63,668 bases of DNA from Verrucomicrobiia bacterium (GTDB lineage Bacteria > Verrucomicrobiota > Verrucomicrobiia > Limisphaerales > UBA11358): assembly GCA_036498725.1 (NCBI GenBank), contig DASYEY010000153.1, positions 1 through 63,668 of the forward strand. The letters run 5' to 3'. The position numbers were made by a program, and so were the translations under genes. Positions within the stretch are counted from its first letter, which is position 1; each line of letters begins with the position of its first letter. Under the pieces are notes generated by a model that was given only the letters and a program-made list of their open reading frames with translations, was not told the origin of the DNA and made no database searches. Positions 1 through 9,047 of the stretch are shown here, piece after piece.

Positions 1-612
1 AAAGTTCTGGTCATTTACGGAGGCCAATGCAAACGCATCGGGTTGATGGATCCACGCTTTGAGAAACCGGGGGCGTGGCGCGGGAAAACAGGCGCGATCA
101 AGGGCGGTGATTGATTCCAAGGGAATTTGGCGGGCATCGAGCAGTGGCGCGACCGGTTTCCAATCAGTATTCGGTTTGATGCCTTCGAAGCGGGCATTGC
201 GATAGGCGTAGACGCGGCCAATCTGCTTGTATTTTTCTACGTTCGTCAGCACGCCGTCGCCGCCTTGCGTGCACCCGGCCAAATGACGTCGAGCGGCCTC
301 ATGAATAGCCAAGCCGTAGCCGCGTCCACGAAACGGTTCGGCTACGATATAGCAGCCAATGAATCCAAACGTATCGTCATAGCGCACACTGCTGACAGTG
401 GCGATGGCTTGACCATCCAATTCGCCCACGAAGAAACCGTTGGGGTCAGCGGTAAAAAAAGTTTCGGCATCATGCAGGCCGGGATTCCATCCTGCTTCGC
501 GCATCCACGGGATGGGCAGGGCTGCCAGCCCGACCGGGTCTAGTTGGCGAATGCGATAACGGCCTGAAGCCAGATCACATGCGGCATCGGAGTTGGAATC
601 TAAGCATTTCAT
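1..612 (-). CDS. GNAT family N-acetyltransferase (C-terminal part cut off by window edge)
   Basis: The minus-strand frame is open from ATG (612-610) to position 1. It is absent from the ORF track because it has no stop in the window. Own translation: MKCLDSNSDAACDLASGRYRIRQLDP...FFVGELDGQAIATVSSVRYDDTFGFIGCYIVAEPFRGRGYGLAIHEAARRHL. The RGRGYG stretch is the GNAT acetyl-CoA motif A. Track ORFs 127..543(+) and 15..221(-) are shadows of this gene. Confidence 0.7.
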   Translation of the reverse strand, partial: MKCLDSNSDAACDLASGRYRIRQLDPVGLAALPIPWMREAGWNPGLHDAETFFTADPNGFFVGELDGQAIATVSSVRYDDTFGFIGCYIVAEPFRGRGYGLAIHEAARRHLAGCTQGGDGVLTNVEKYKQIGRVYAYRNARFEGIKPNTDWKPVAPLLDARQIPLESITALDRACFPAPRPRFLKAWIHQPDAFALASVNDQNF

Positions 613-806
613 AGAATGGTCGGATGAAGTGTGTCTGGTTGCAGCATAGCAATCTTTGACCCAGAGAACCACCGTGTTCCATTCGATAGATGGTTTGCCG
701 TGAGTAGAAATAGTTGTCCACCAAGTATTTATAAAATTCCCAGACGCTTTGCACCTTTCGCTTTTTGATTTATTCTGATGGCTGACGAAATATTCGTTAG
801 CAAATC

Positions 807-1268
807 ATGAATGCCATTCAAGGATACCATCTTATCAAGCCGGAAGAGTTACATTGGCGGCCGTCCAATTTGATGAAAATCCCCAACGCGGATTATCTGG
901 AGCGCACCGGGAGCGAAAACCTCGGCGTGCGGCTTTGGCGGCTGCCGCCCAAAAGCGCGAACACGCTGCACAAACATATCCGGGCAGAGGAATTTTATTT
1001 CGTGCTGGAGGGCACAGGCCGTTTGCTCGTAGGTGATGAGACATTGACCGTGTCGCGGCATGGTGGCGTGCTGGTCGGTCCGGATCAATTGCGTCAGGTG
1101 TTCAACGACACCGACGCCGAGGTGCTCTGGCTTATCATTGGAGCGCCGGAAGAACTAGAATTTCTGCAAGGCTCAAAATCGCAGATGGATCTTTCGCTCA
1201 TTTATCCGACCGATCCGAAGCAATTGCCTGCAGAACTTGCGGGCGTGCAATGGCCGCCACCAAGCTGA
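807..1268 (+). CDS. cupin domain protein
   Basis: 153-aa ORF. It has a cupin_2-like barrel with LHKHIRAEEFYFVLEGTG followed by a second strand motif, VGPDQLRQVFN. Confidence 0.7.
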   Translation: MNAIQGYHLIKPEELHWRPSNLMKIPNADYLERTGSENLGVRLWRLPPKSANTLHKHIRAEEFYFVLEGTGRLLVGDETLTVSRHGGVLVGPDQLRQVFNDTDAEVLWLIIGAPEELEFLQGSKSQMDLSLIYPTDPKQLPAELAGVQWPPPS

Positions 1269-1298
1269 ACCTCGTGACAAAAATCAATAATCACGACG

Positions 1299-1859
1299 AT
1301 GAAACCCACTGTTTATATTATCCTCTTTCGCGGTGTTGGCGGAAAAACGCAACTGCCAGTCAAGGTGCTGCGCGAAAAACTCACTGAAGCGGGATTTGAA
1401 AATGTAGCAACGTATATCAACAGCGGCAACGCCGTCGTCCGCAGCCGATTGAACCGTAAGCAGGTCATCGCCACAATTGCCGAGCTTTGTCGCACGCAAT
1501 TCGCTTTCGATAAGCCAATTTTTGCACCGACACTGGCTGAATGGAACACTATGATTGCACGCAATCCTTTTGCCAAATCCGCAGCTTTGGCACCTGCAAC
1601 AGTTCATGCGGCGCTGCTTGCGAGCGAGCCGAAGACAGAAGACCTCGAACGCGTGCGCGTCTGCGCGGTGAAAGGCGAGGGGATTGAGGTGGTTGAAGGT
1701 GTCGCTTATCTGCATCTGCCGCACAGTTTCGGACGAAGCAAGCTGGCGGAGAAATTCGACAAATGGATCGGCGTGACGAATACCATACGGAATTGGAATA
1801 CGGTGCTTAAGCTCGCCGAACTTGGACGTCAGAGCGGCCAGGACAAGGCCAGCGACTAG
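1299..1859 (+). CDS. DUF1697 domain protein
   Basis: 186 aa. The N-terminus YIILFRGVGGKTQLPVKVLREKLTEAGFENVATYINSGNAVV matches the characteristic start of DUF1697 proteins (recollection of the family, not a search). Confidence 0.7.
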   Translation: MKPTVYIILFRGVGGKTQLPVKVLREKLTEAGFENVATYINSGNAVVRSRLNRKQVIATIAELCRTQFAFDKPIFAPTLAEWNTMIARNPFAKSAALAPATVHAALLASEPKTEDLERVRVCAVKGEGIEVVEGVAYLHLPHSFGRSKLAEKFDKWIGVTNTIRNWNTVLKLAELGRQSGQDKASD

Positions 1860-2112
1860 AGCGTTTTAAATAGACTTGTAGCCGATCTCAGGCTGATTTT
1901 GTAGGAGGTGACAAGTCTCTAACTTAAAAGGCAGCCAATACGAGGACGAGTCTGACAATGAAGACGAGGATGAAGGCGTCGGGCCATATTCGTCCCCAAC
2001 GAAATTCGGCCACAGTTTTATTTAATACGCGCTTAGTCTGCCGGGTAGAACCTGCCTGGACCGTGAATTAAAATCTTCGACGTGGTAAGCCGAAAATGTT
2101 TCACTCAACGAT

Positions 2113-2589
2113 ATGGCATCATCCTATCCAACCATCATTCCGGGACTGCGCAGTCCGTCTGAAACAATCAAGGGCATTGTCTGGTTTGGCCGCATGCTGG
2201 ATAAAATCCGGATTGCCGCGGCGGAAAAACTGCCGGAAGGCTGGCAGCCGGCGCGCGGACAGAAGATGAAGAATAGTTTTGACGATCGTTGCTGCCAGTT
2301 TCTCAAAATTGACTATGCCGCGATTGAAACGGAAACGCTTAAGGGCGACAAATCAGATGAGCAGTTGCTTGAATGGGCGTTTCAGCAAGGCCGCCGGCCC
2401 AACGAACAGGAGATTGAAGTGTGGAATGGTTTCATGGCCAAGCGTGGTTGGCGCGATAGCGGCACTCAGCGGTTGAATGAACGCCTGGCTGAGATTGGCC
2501 TGCCGCCGGGCGTCGTGAAAACCATGTTTGAATTTATTGACCTCGACGAGGGCCGTTTGCAACCTGGTCCGGTACGGCAAATCGCTTGA
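2113..2589 (+). CDS. DUF5069 domain protein
   Basis: 158 aa. GLRSPSETIKGIVWFGRMLDKIR, FDDRCCQFLKIDY and WNGFMAKRGWRD resemble the DUF5069 family pattern. Confidence 0.65.
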   Translation: MASSYPTIIPGLRSPSETIKGIVWFGRMLDKIRIAAAEKLPEGWQPARGQKMKNSFDDRCCQFLKIDYAAIETETLKGDKSDEQLLEWAFQQGRRPNEQEIEVWNGFMAKRGWRDSGTQRLNERLAEIGLPPGVVKTMFEFIDLDEGRLQPGPVRQIA

Positions 2590-2717
2590 AGTGCAAAGGA
2601 ACCTTTGAGCTGAGCACAAAATTTCCGTGATTGTCGCTGTACCTATTTACAGCTGGCCAGTGAATCTGGTATGCGTATGGTTTGACATTCAAGGAACAGT
2701 CTTAATTTAGAACCAAC

Positions 2718-4145
2718 ATGTCCAAACCAGCAGCCAACGCGGATGCTGAAAACTCGCCTAGTGCGACGGTAACTGCTTCGGCCAGTGCCGGTAAAACCCC
2801 CTCCGGAATTTTGCTGCGGGCTGAAGAATTTGCAGATGCCTTCTTATTTGACGAATGTCTGACGAACCCTGAAAACGGGCGGCGGGCGCGGCTTATTTCC
2901 CGGTTCGGTCTGCTCGGATTTTTCTTCGGACTATTTTTCGCCACCTTTTACCTTTTGATTGGCCATCATTGGGGAACTGGTATTGTGCTGGTTTGCGGTT
3001 TTAGTTTTGGCTCCGTCCCGTTCCTGATGAAGTTCACGCGCTCATTGAATTTTGCGGGTAATCTGCTGGCCGCGATCATGACTGCCGGTTTTAGCGCGTT
3101 GTGTTGTGTGGAGGGTGGTTTATCCGGTCATGCGGTCGCCTGGCTGGCTGCGGTCCCGCTTTGTGCCCTGCTCATGGTTGGCAAGGAAGCTGCACGTTGG
3201 TGGCTGGTGGTTTGTTTTATTACGGTCAGCGTTTTTGGCAGTGTGGGCTTGGCTGGCTTCACCCTGCCGATGACTTATTCCGTCCAATGGCAACCGCTCG
3301 TTTCCTTTGCCGGTTATCTGGCGCTGGTCTTGTTCATGTTTTATCTGGGGATTATTTTTGAGACCAGCCGCGAACAGGCTTTTAATAAAATGCAGCAGGC
3401 CATCGCCGAACTCAAGGCTTCCAACGATCAGCTTTTAAGCCTGAACAACGAGAAAAATGAATTTCTCAGCATCGCGGCGCACGATCTAAAAAACCCCCTG
3501 ACGACGGTGATTCTCGGCGCGGAGATCATCCAGCGGGCGGAGCTTTTGCCACGCCATAAAAGTGTGGCGCAAGACATTATCCAGGCTGGTACCCGGATGC
3601 GCGGCTTGATCACCGACCTGTTGGATACAAATGCGATCGAAGAAGGCCGCTTCGTTTCCAAACTGGAACGATGCGATCTGAACGCCTTGCTGGCTGAGAG
3701 CTTGAAACAAAATGGCACCATCGCTGCGCGCAAGGAAATCACTCTCATGCTGGTTTCTTCGGCTGAAGCCTGGGCACGGACCGACCGCGCCGCCACCCTG
3801 CAGATTTTTGACAACTTCATTTCCAACGCCATCAAATACTCACCTTACAAATCGACTGTCTGGTTACGGGCGTCGGCGGCGGGTGGAAAAGTTTCCGTGG
3901 CCATCGCCGATGAAGGTCCCGGCCTGAGCGCAGCGGACCAGGAAAAATTATTCCGTAAATTTACCCGGCTCACCGCCCGTCCGACCGGCGGTGAATCATC
4001 CAATGGTCTGGGTCTTTCCATTGTCAAACGCCTGGCCGAGGCGATGGGCGGCTCGGTGGAATGTCAGAGTATTCTGGGCAGCGGGTCAACTTTCACCGTG
4101 CATCTGCCAATGTGGTCGGAAGCGATGGCGCTGCCGTCGAAGTGA
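2718..4145 (+). CDS. membrane sensor histidine kinase (orphan, no adjacent response regulator)
   Basis: 475 aa. The N-terminal ~220 aa carry about six hydrophobic helices. H-box FLSIAAHDLKNPLT, N-box DNFISNAIKY, G1 IADEGPGL, G2 GLGLSIVKRL. Confidence 0.85.
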   Translation: MSKPAANADAENSPSATVTASASAGKTPSGILLRAEEFADAFLFDECLTNPENGRRARLISRFGLLGFFFGLFFATFYLLIGHHWGTGIVLVCGFSFGSVPFLMKFTRSLNFAGNLLAAIMTAGFSALCCVEGGLSGHAVAWLAAVPLCALLMVGKEAARWWLVVCFITVSVFGSVGLAGFTLPMTYSVQWQPLVSFAGYLALVLFMFYLGIIFETSREQAFNKMQQAIAELKASNDQLLSLNNEKNEFLSIAAHDLKNPLTTVILGAEIIQRAELLPRHKSVAQDIIQAGTRMRGLITDLLDTNAIEEGRFVSKLERCDLNALLAESLKQNGTIAARKEITLMLVSSAEAWARTDRAATLQIFDNFISNAIKYSPYKSTVWLRASAAGGKVSVAIADEGPGLSAADQEKLFRKFTRLTARPTGGESSNGLGLSIVKRLAEAMGGSVECQSILGSGSTFTVHLPMWSEAMALPSK

Positions 4146-4289
4146 TCAGGAACAAAGTCCCCGCGGTTTTTACTCGTTGACGCAATCGTTTTGATTAAGC
4201 TCCCGGCATGAAATCCAGCAAGGTCAGGTTTAGCTTGAGAACCTTTTGGTCTCGGTCTTTCAGCCAAAGACAAAATCATTTTTCATGAT

Positions 4290-5591
4290 ATGAGCCAGCT
4301 ACTTCCATCTGGGCCGGCTTCGCGTAAACCATGGTATCGGGTACTTTACATTCAGGTTCTGCTCGCGGTCGGGATGGGGATTTTAATCGGCCACTATTTC
4401 CCTGACTTCGGCCAGGCGCTGAAACCCCTCGGCGATGGCTTTGTGAAGCTGGTAAAAATGATCATCGCACCGATCATTTTCTGCACCGTGGTGCATGGCG
4501 TTGCCTCCGTGCAATCATTGAAGAAACTCGGCCGGGTTGGGTTGAAGGCATCGCTATATTTTGAAGTCGTTTCGACGCTGGCGCTGATTATCGGGTTGGT
4601 CGTGGTCAACGTGCTTAAGCCGGGCGCCGGTTTTAATATTAACCTAGCTACGTTGGATCCGAACATCGGCGCCAGTTATGCGCAAAAGGCCCATAGCCTG
4701 GGTGCGGCTGGCTTTTTCTTAAATGTGATTCCTGATACGTTATTCAGTGCGTTTACCACGGGTGATTTGCTACAGGTGTTGCTGGTGTCCGTGCTGGCGG
4801 CTTGCGCCATTTTTGGTTTGCCGGAAGCGCAGCGCGTGCCGGTGTTGAACGTGATTGAGCGCTTTGGTGAATTGGTCTTCGGCATCATGCGCATTATTGT
4901 CAAACTGGCGCCGTTGGGTGCGTTGGGCGCGATGGCTTTCACCGTTGGCAGCTATGGGCTTGGTTCGTTGAACAAACTTGGTGCGTTGATGCTGGGTTTC
5001 TACACGACCTCGGCGTTATTCATTTTTGTCGTGTTGGGGCTGATCGCCATGGTGACTGGGTTTTCGATCGTCCGTTTTCTGGTTTACATCAAGGATGAAT
5101 TATTGCTCGTGCTGGGAACCAGTTCATCAGAAACCGCGTTGCCGGGCATGATCCAGAAGCTGCGCGGGTTGGGTTGTCAGGACTCAACCGTCGGTCTGGT
5201 GATCCCGACGGGTTATAGTTTCAATCTTGATGGCACGAACATCTACATGGCCATGGCGGCCATTTTCCTCGCGCAAGCTACCAATACGCCACTTGGGCTG
5301 CGGGATGAAATTGCCCTGCTCCTGGTTGCGATGATTTCTTCCAAAGGCGCCAGTGGTGTGACGGGTGCCGGGTTCATCACCTTGGCAGCCACGCTGGCGG
5401 TGGTGCCGGCGATTCCGTTGCCGTCACTGGCTTTGCTGGTGGGGATTGACCGTTTTATGAGCGAATGCCGCGCCATTACCAATCTGATCGGCAATGGCGT
5501 GGCGACCGTGGTCATCAGCCGGTGGGAAAAGGAAATCACGCGCGAACAATTGCAAGCGGCGCTGAAAAATGATCAGCCGGTGAACATATAA
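4290..5591 (+). CDS. dctA: C4-dicarboxylate:cation symporter (DAACS family)
   Basis: 433 aa. Strong resemblance over the whole length to DctA ([69 protein letters not shown]). Confidence 0.9.
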   Translation: MSQLLPSGPASRKPWYRVLYIQVLLAVGMGILIGHYFPDFGQALKPLGDGFVKLVKMIIAPIIFCTVVHGVASVQSLKKLGRVGLKASLYFEVVSTLALIIGLVVVNVLKPGAGFNINLATLDPNIGASYAQKAHSLGAAGFFLNVIPDTLFSAFTTGDLLQVLLVSVLAACAIFGLPEAQRVPVLNVIERFGELVFGIMRIIVKLAPLGALGAMAFTVGSYGLGSLNKLGALMLGFYTTSALFIFVVLGLIAMVTGFSIVRFLVYIKDELLLVLGTSSSETALPGMIQKLRGLGCQDSTVGLVIPTGYSFNLDGTNIYMAMAAIFLAQATNTPLGLRDEIALLLVAMISSKGASGVTGAGFITLAATLAVVPAIPLPSLALLVGIDRFMSECRAITNLIGNGVATVVISRWEKEITREQLQAALKNDQPVNI

Positions 5592-5620
5592 TTTTCGCCA
5601 GCTGCAGCACATGGCTTGGC

Positions 5621-5744
5621 GTGTCTGAATAATCAATTTTGACATCTGGCTCATCCTCCTCGCTCTCACCTGCTGCTGAAAATTCGAGGATGAGGACGAG
5701 GACGACGATGAGGATGATTGAGTGGCAGCTCTATTTTCAGACAC
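5621..5744 (+). repeat. intergenic imperfect palindromic repeat, family R (CCTCATC-rich arm / GAAAATTCGAGG core / GAGGATGA-rich arm)
   Basis: Outer 9-bp inverted repeat GTGTCTGAA (5621-5629) / TTCAGACAC (5736-5744). The inner arms are ctcatcctcctcgctc and gaggatgaggacgaggacgacgatgaggatga. The 19-nt core tgaaaattcgaggatgagg is identical to the copy at 14865-14883. It lies 3' of dctA. Confidence 0.6.
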
Positions 5745-5801
5745 ACTCTTACATATTTCAAACGCGGTAACGTTTGCCCCGGATGCTACGTCTGGAAAAA
5801 C

Positions 5802-6599
5802 ATGCTCAGAAAATTGTGCCTGCTATTTTTGTTCCTGACACTGGCCAGTTCATTCGTCCGGGCGGCGGATAATTTTCACGAACTGACTTTCACGCTGGCA
5901 GGGGTGACACGTACCGCTCTGGTGTACGTTCCGCCGTCGGCCAAGACGAACAGTTCACCGCTGGTGTTTGTATTTCATGGTCACGGCGGTAATGCCCGCC
6001 AAGCTGCCCGCAGTTTTGCGTTGGATCGCGAATGGCCGGCAGCGATCTCGGTTTATCCACAGGGATTAAACACGCCCGGCCAGTTAACGGATCTGCCCGG
6101 AAATCGCCCCGGCTGGCAGGCGGCGATCGGCGATGAAGGTGATCGCGATCTGAAATTTTTTGATGCCATCCTCGCCCGGCTCAAACAGGATTACGCCGTT
6201 GATGCAAAACGTATTTACTGCACCGGCCATTCCAATGGTGGTGGATTTACTTATCTGTTGTGGCTGGCACGGGGGGATGTATTTGCCGCAGTGGCCCCTT
6301 CTTCGGCCGCAGCGAAATATGCTGAAAAATTAAAATCAAAACCGGCATTGATCATCGGAGGACGGAATGACCCCTTGGTGAAGTTTGTCTGGCAGGAGCG
6401 CATGATGAATGTTGTACGCCAGATTAATGGTTGTGTGTCGACGGGTGAACCTTGGGACAAGCAATGTACGATTTACGCGTCTGCCGGCGGCACCCCGCTG
6501 GTCACTTGCATCTTTCCCGGCGGCCATCAATTCAACACTGCCGCACCAGCCTTGATGGTAAAATTCTTCAAGGAACATCCAGCTGAACCGGCGAAATAA
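5802..6599 (+). CDS. secreted esterase, PHB-depolymerase/LpqC-like alpha/beta hydrolase
   Basis: The track ORF is 5718..6599. The likely start is ATG 5802, which gives the signal peptide MLRKLCLLFLFLTLASSFVRA. Oxyanion region FVFHGHGGN, nucleophile elbow GHSNGG. Confidence 0.75.
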   Translation: MLRKLCLLFLFLTLASSFVRAADNFHELTFTLAGVTRTALVYVPPSAKTNSSPLVFVFHGHGGNARQAARSFALDREWPAAISVYPQGLNTPGQLTDLPGNRPGWQAAIGDEGDRDLKFFDAILARLKQDYAVDAKRIYCTGHSNGGGFTYLLWLARGDVFAAVAPSSAAAKYAEKLKSKPALIIGGRNDPLVKFVWQERMMNVVRQINGCVSTGEPWDKQCTIYASAGGTPLVTCIFPGGHQFNTAAPALMVKFFKEHPAEPAK

Positions 6600-6699
6600 A
6601 CCGGTGACTGATCAAAGGGGGCAGGCGATCATGCGTGGGCAAAAAAAAGCTGTCTCTCCAATTTTACCATCTGGAGAAACAGCAATTGCCCGTCCGGAG

Positions 6700-6891
6700 C
6701 TACTTCTTTTTTGCGGCGGGCTTCTTTTTTGCGGCCGGTTTTTTCTTGGCAACGACCTTGGCTTTGACTGCGGGTTTCTTAGATGGTTTGGCTCCCATAA
6801 CTTTATTTTTTGTTTTTTTGTTTGTGAGTTGACTCACCTGCGGAATGACAGTTTCTCCGAAGGCGAGACCATCTTGCTCTTCGTTCTTCAC
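6700..6891 (-). CDS. lysine/alanine/proline-rich histone H1-like basic protein
   Basis: 63 aa. The C-terminal half, KPSKKPAVKAKVVAKKKPAAKKKPAAKKK, is built from ~15-nt tandem DNA repeats and resembles bacterial H1/Hc1-like nucleoid proteins. The opposite-strand 128-aa ORF (6604..6990) has an implausible composition. Confidence 0.5.
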   Translation of the reverse strand: MKNEEQDGLAFGETVIPQVSQLTNKKTKNKVMGAKPSKKPAVKAKVVAKKKPAAKKKPAAKKK

Positions 6892-6986
6892 ATTGTAAAC
6901 ACTGGATATAAAGATTTTCAGGCTTCATCACGCATCAACGCGGTGGTTGACAATCGGATTGCGGACGTCAATTTACTGAAACCGTT

Positions 6987-7529
6987 ATGATAAAATTATG
7001 CCTGATTTTCGGCTGCTGGTCGGTGTTGCTGGTGAGCTTGCTCGCGGCGGATGGCGTGAGCAACCAATCCGGTTTATCAACAACGGCGACGGAATCGTAT
7101 CAGATCCGCAACAAAAAATTCGGTGATCTACTGCGTCCGGAAAATGCCAGTGGGGCGGAAGGGGCGCGCATTGTGTTGTATCCAGCTGAGCCGTGGAAGT
7201 GCATGACCTGGAAATTGCAACCAGTGGGCGACGCCATCTTCCGCGTGCAAAATCATTTCACCGCAAAAACGTTCATTGTGAAATCTGGCGACGGGGACAA
7301 GGCCGTCGTCCAAGCCAAACTGTTGCCGGAGAAAAGTGAGCAGTCACTTTGGCGTTTCGTCAAATTGGCTGACGGTGCCTACGAAATTTGTGATGCGAAA
7401 TCAGGGACTGCGTTGACTGCGGTGGAAGTTGCGGGCGGATCGGCACGGATTGTCGCTGCGTTGTGGTCGGGCACTGATAATCAAAAATGGTCGCTGGAGA
7501 AAATTGATCCCGCCACGTTGACGATGTGA
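6987..7529 (+). CDS. secreted ricin-B-like (beta-trefoil) lectin domain protein
   Basis: 180 aa with signal peptide MIKLCLIFGCWSVLLVSLLAA. Repeated W-x-(L/F) subdomain motifs (CMTWKLQPVG, QSLWRFVKLADG, DNQKWSLEKI) are typical of QxW beta-trefoil lectins. Confidence 0.5.
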   Translation: MIKLCLIFGCWSVLLVSLLAADGVSNQSGLSTTATESYQIRNKKFGDLLRPENASGAEGARIVLYPAEPWKCMTWKLQPVGDAIFRVQNHFTAKTFIVKSGDGDKAVVQAKLLPEKSEQSLWRFVKLADGAYEICDAKSGTALTAVEVAGGSARIVAALWSGTDNQKWSLEKIDPATLTM

Positions 7530-7530
7530 A

Positions 7531-8121
7531 TCAATCCGGCTTCCGCTCCGACAGTACGCGTTCAATCCTGCGGTCAGGAATCAGCCAGAGCAGAGCCACC
7601 AGCACATATAAGGCGACCGAAATCCAAGTATTCGCAAAAGCGAAGAAGATGCCGGCGATGTAGAGCACGGGTGAAATTTTCCCCTTCCAATCCTTGCCAA
7701 TCGCTTTTTTGAGCAACGAGTCAGAGCCTTGCTGGGTGATGATGGCTCGTTGCAGGATAAAATAGGCGATGGCTGCCATGAGTAGGATGCATCCGTAAAC
7801 CGCCACCGGTAGCGGCGCGAGATGGTTTTCTCCCACCCATGCGGTTGAGAATGGAAACAAAGACAACCAGAAGAGTGCATGCAGGTTGGCCCACAAAATG
7901 CCACCGGTGACGCATTTGGTGGATTGAAACATGTGATGATGATTATTCCAATAAATGCCAACGTAGATGAAGCTCAATACATAACTTAAAAATACCGGTA
8001 GCAGACCTTTGAGCGCCTCCAACCCTTCTTTGTGATCCGGCACTTTTAATTCCAGAACCATAATGGTGATGATGATGGCAATGACCCCGTCACTAAAGGC
8101 TTCCAACCGATTTTTTTCCAT
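7531..8121 (-). CDS. TMEM175/DUF1211 family potassium channel
   Basis: 196 aa. The N-terminal RLEAFSDGVIAIIITIMVLEL carries the RxxxFSD signature helix of TMEM175-family channels. About six TM helices. Confidence 0.8.
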   Translation of the reverse strand: MEKNRLEAFSDGVIAIIITIMVLELKVPDHKEGLEALKGLLPVFLSYVLSFIYVGIYWNNHHHMFQSTKCVTGGILWANLHALFWLSLFPFSTAWVGENHLAPLPVAVYGCILLMAAIAYFILQRAIITQQGSDSLLKKAIGKDWKGKISPVLYIAGIFFAFANTWISVALYVLVALLWLIPDRRIERVLSERKPD

Positions 8122-8148
8122 GCGCTGATTTTAACCGTTGTTCCCGTA

Positions 8149-9039
8149 GTGTCCACGGTAACATCGTCAATCTCGACGGCGGACTGGCATTCCATCACCA
8201 GTCTGATTAAACTTGGCGGCGTGAAATCGCACAATCACTTAAAAGGAGCGCGAGTTTATCTTTCCGGCCCGATGGATTTCGTGGCGTCCCGCGCGAACGA
8301 AAAAAAATTCGGCTGGCGCAATCGCGTCGGTGATTTCATCCGTAATTGTGAAGGCATCGTATTTGATCCATGGTTCAAGCCGGCGGTGCGGGGACTACAT
8401 CAATATGGATTGGAAGACTTGAACACGCTGGATGCGCGGGAAAATTGGACGTTCGAGCCGGGTGTGCCGGGCGACACCACCCGCGCGCAAATCGCCGAAA
8501 AATTCTGGGAGACCCTGCATATTGATCTGCGCATGGTGGATACCAGCGATTTCACCATCGCATATTGCCCCACGAATATTTACAGCGTCGGCACCGCGCA
8601 CGAAATCATTCTGTCCCGCCAGCAACTCAAGCCTGTGTTATTTGTCAGTCCGCCGGTGGCTTTTCCGTCGCTCGAAAAATTGCGTGCCCATCTTAAGGAT
8701 GATCCGGCTGGGTTGGCGCTGTTGGAAAAACTGGCGCAGGAAGTACCGATCAAATCAAATCCGCGCGCGATCCCCAGCATGTGGTATATGCCACTTATCG
8801 GTTCAGGCAATTTCTTTGACGGCTTTGGCTTTCAGCCGTACATCGAAAAATTCGGCTGGCAGCCGATTCCCATGGATGAGCAGGAAGCCGCTCACCCGCC
8901 GAAAAATCCGTTGCTACCGTTTTTGGAAAAGCTCAAGACCGAAGTCCCGCCGCGCTGGGATAACAAACTCAAACAATATGTTCCCAATGATGAATGGTTG
9001 CTGTGGGAGCTTGACGGTCTGGGTAAAAATAACCCTTGA
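8149..9039 (+). CDS. hypothetical protein with nucleoside 2-deoxyribosyltransferase-like N-terminal fold
   Basis: 296 aa. RVYLSGPMDF ... DFTIAYCPTNIYSVGTAHEI resembles the flavodoxin-like NDT/YtoQ-type pattern (pattern recognition only). The C-terminal ~130 aa are unassigned. The start is uncertain. Confidence 0.4.
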   Translation: MSTVTSSISTADWHSITSLIKLGGVKSHNHLKGARVYLSGPMDFVASRANEKKFGWRNRVGDFIRNCEGIVFDPWFKPAVRGLHQYGLEDLNTLDARENWTFEPGVPGDTTRAQIAEKFWETLHIDLRMVDTSDFTIAYCPTNIYSVGTAHEIILSRQQLKPVLFVSPPVAFPSLEKLRAHLKDDPAGLALLEKLAQEVPIKSNPRAIPSMWYMPLIGSGNFFDGFGFQPYIEKFGWQPIPMDEQEAAHPPKNPLLPFLEKLKTEVPPRWDNKLKQYVPNDEWLLWELDGLGKNNP

Positions 9040-9047
9040 GCTCGGTT

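Noticed and set aside
127-543. 138-aa plus-strand ORF at the left edge
   Set aside because: It is a shadow of the edge-truncated GNAT gene on the minus strand (1..612), which carries the acetyl-CoA binding motif.
1941-1976. Possible fourth copy of the family-R repeat (cgaggacgagtctgacaatgaagacgaggatgaagg)
   Set aside because: Only the GAGGA-rich arm is recognisable. There is no complementary CCTCATC arm and no GAAAATTCGAGG core, so at best it is a degenerate half copy.
4247-4261. sigma54-like -24/-12 element (TGGTCTCGGTCTTTC) 30 nt upstream of dctA
   Set aside because: Both conserved blocks deviate from consensus (TGGTCT instead of TGGCAC, TTTC instead of TTGC). No enhancer-binding protein gene is nearby, so it is likely chance.
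5424-5744. 106-aa ORF containing a run of eleven serines
   Set aside because: The poly-Ser run is the translation of the family-R hairpin repeat (GAGGATGAGGA arm read on the minus strand), so it is not a gene.
6052-6060. Perfect DnaA-box consensus TTATCCACA
   Set aside because: It is a single occurrence inside the esterase coding region, with no cluster of boxes, AT-rich unwinding element or dnaA/dnaN context.
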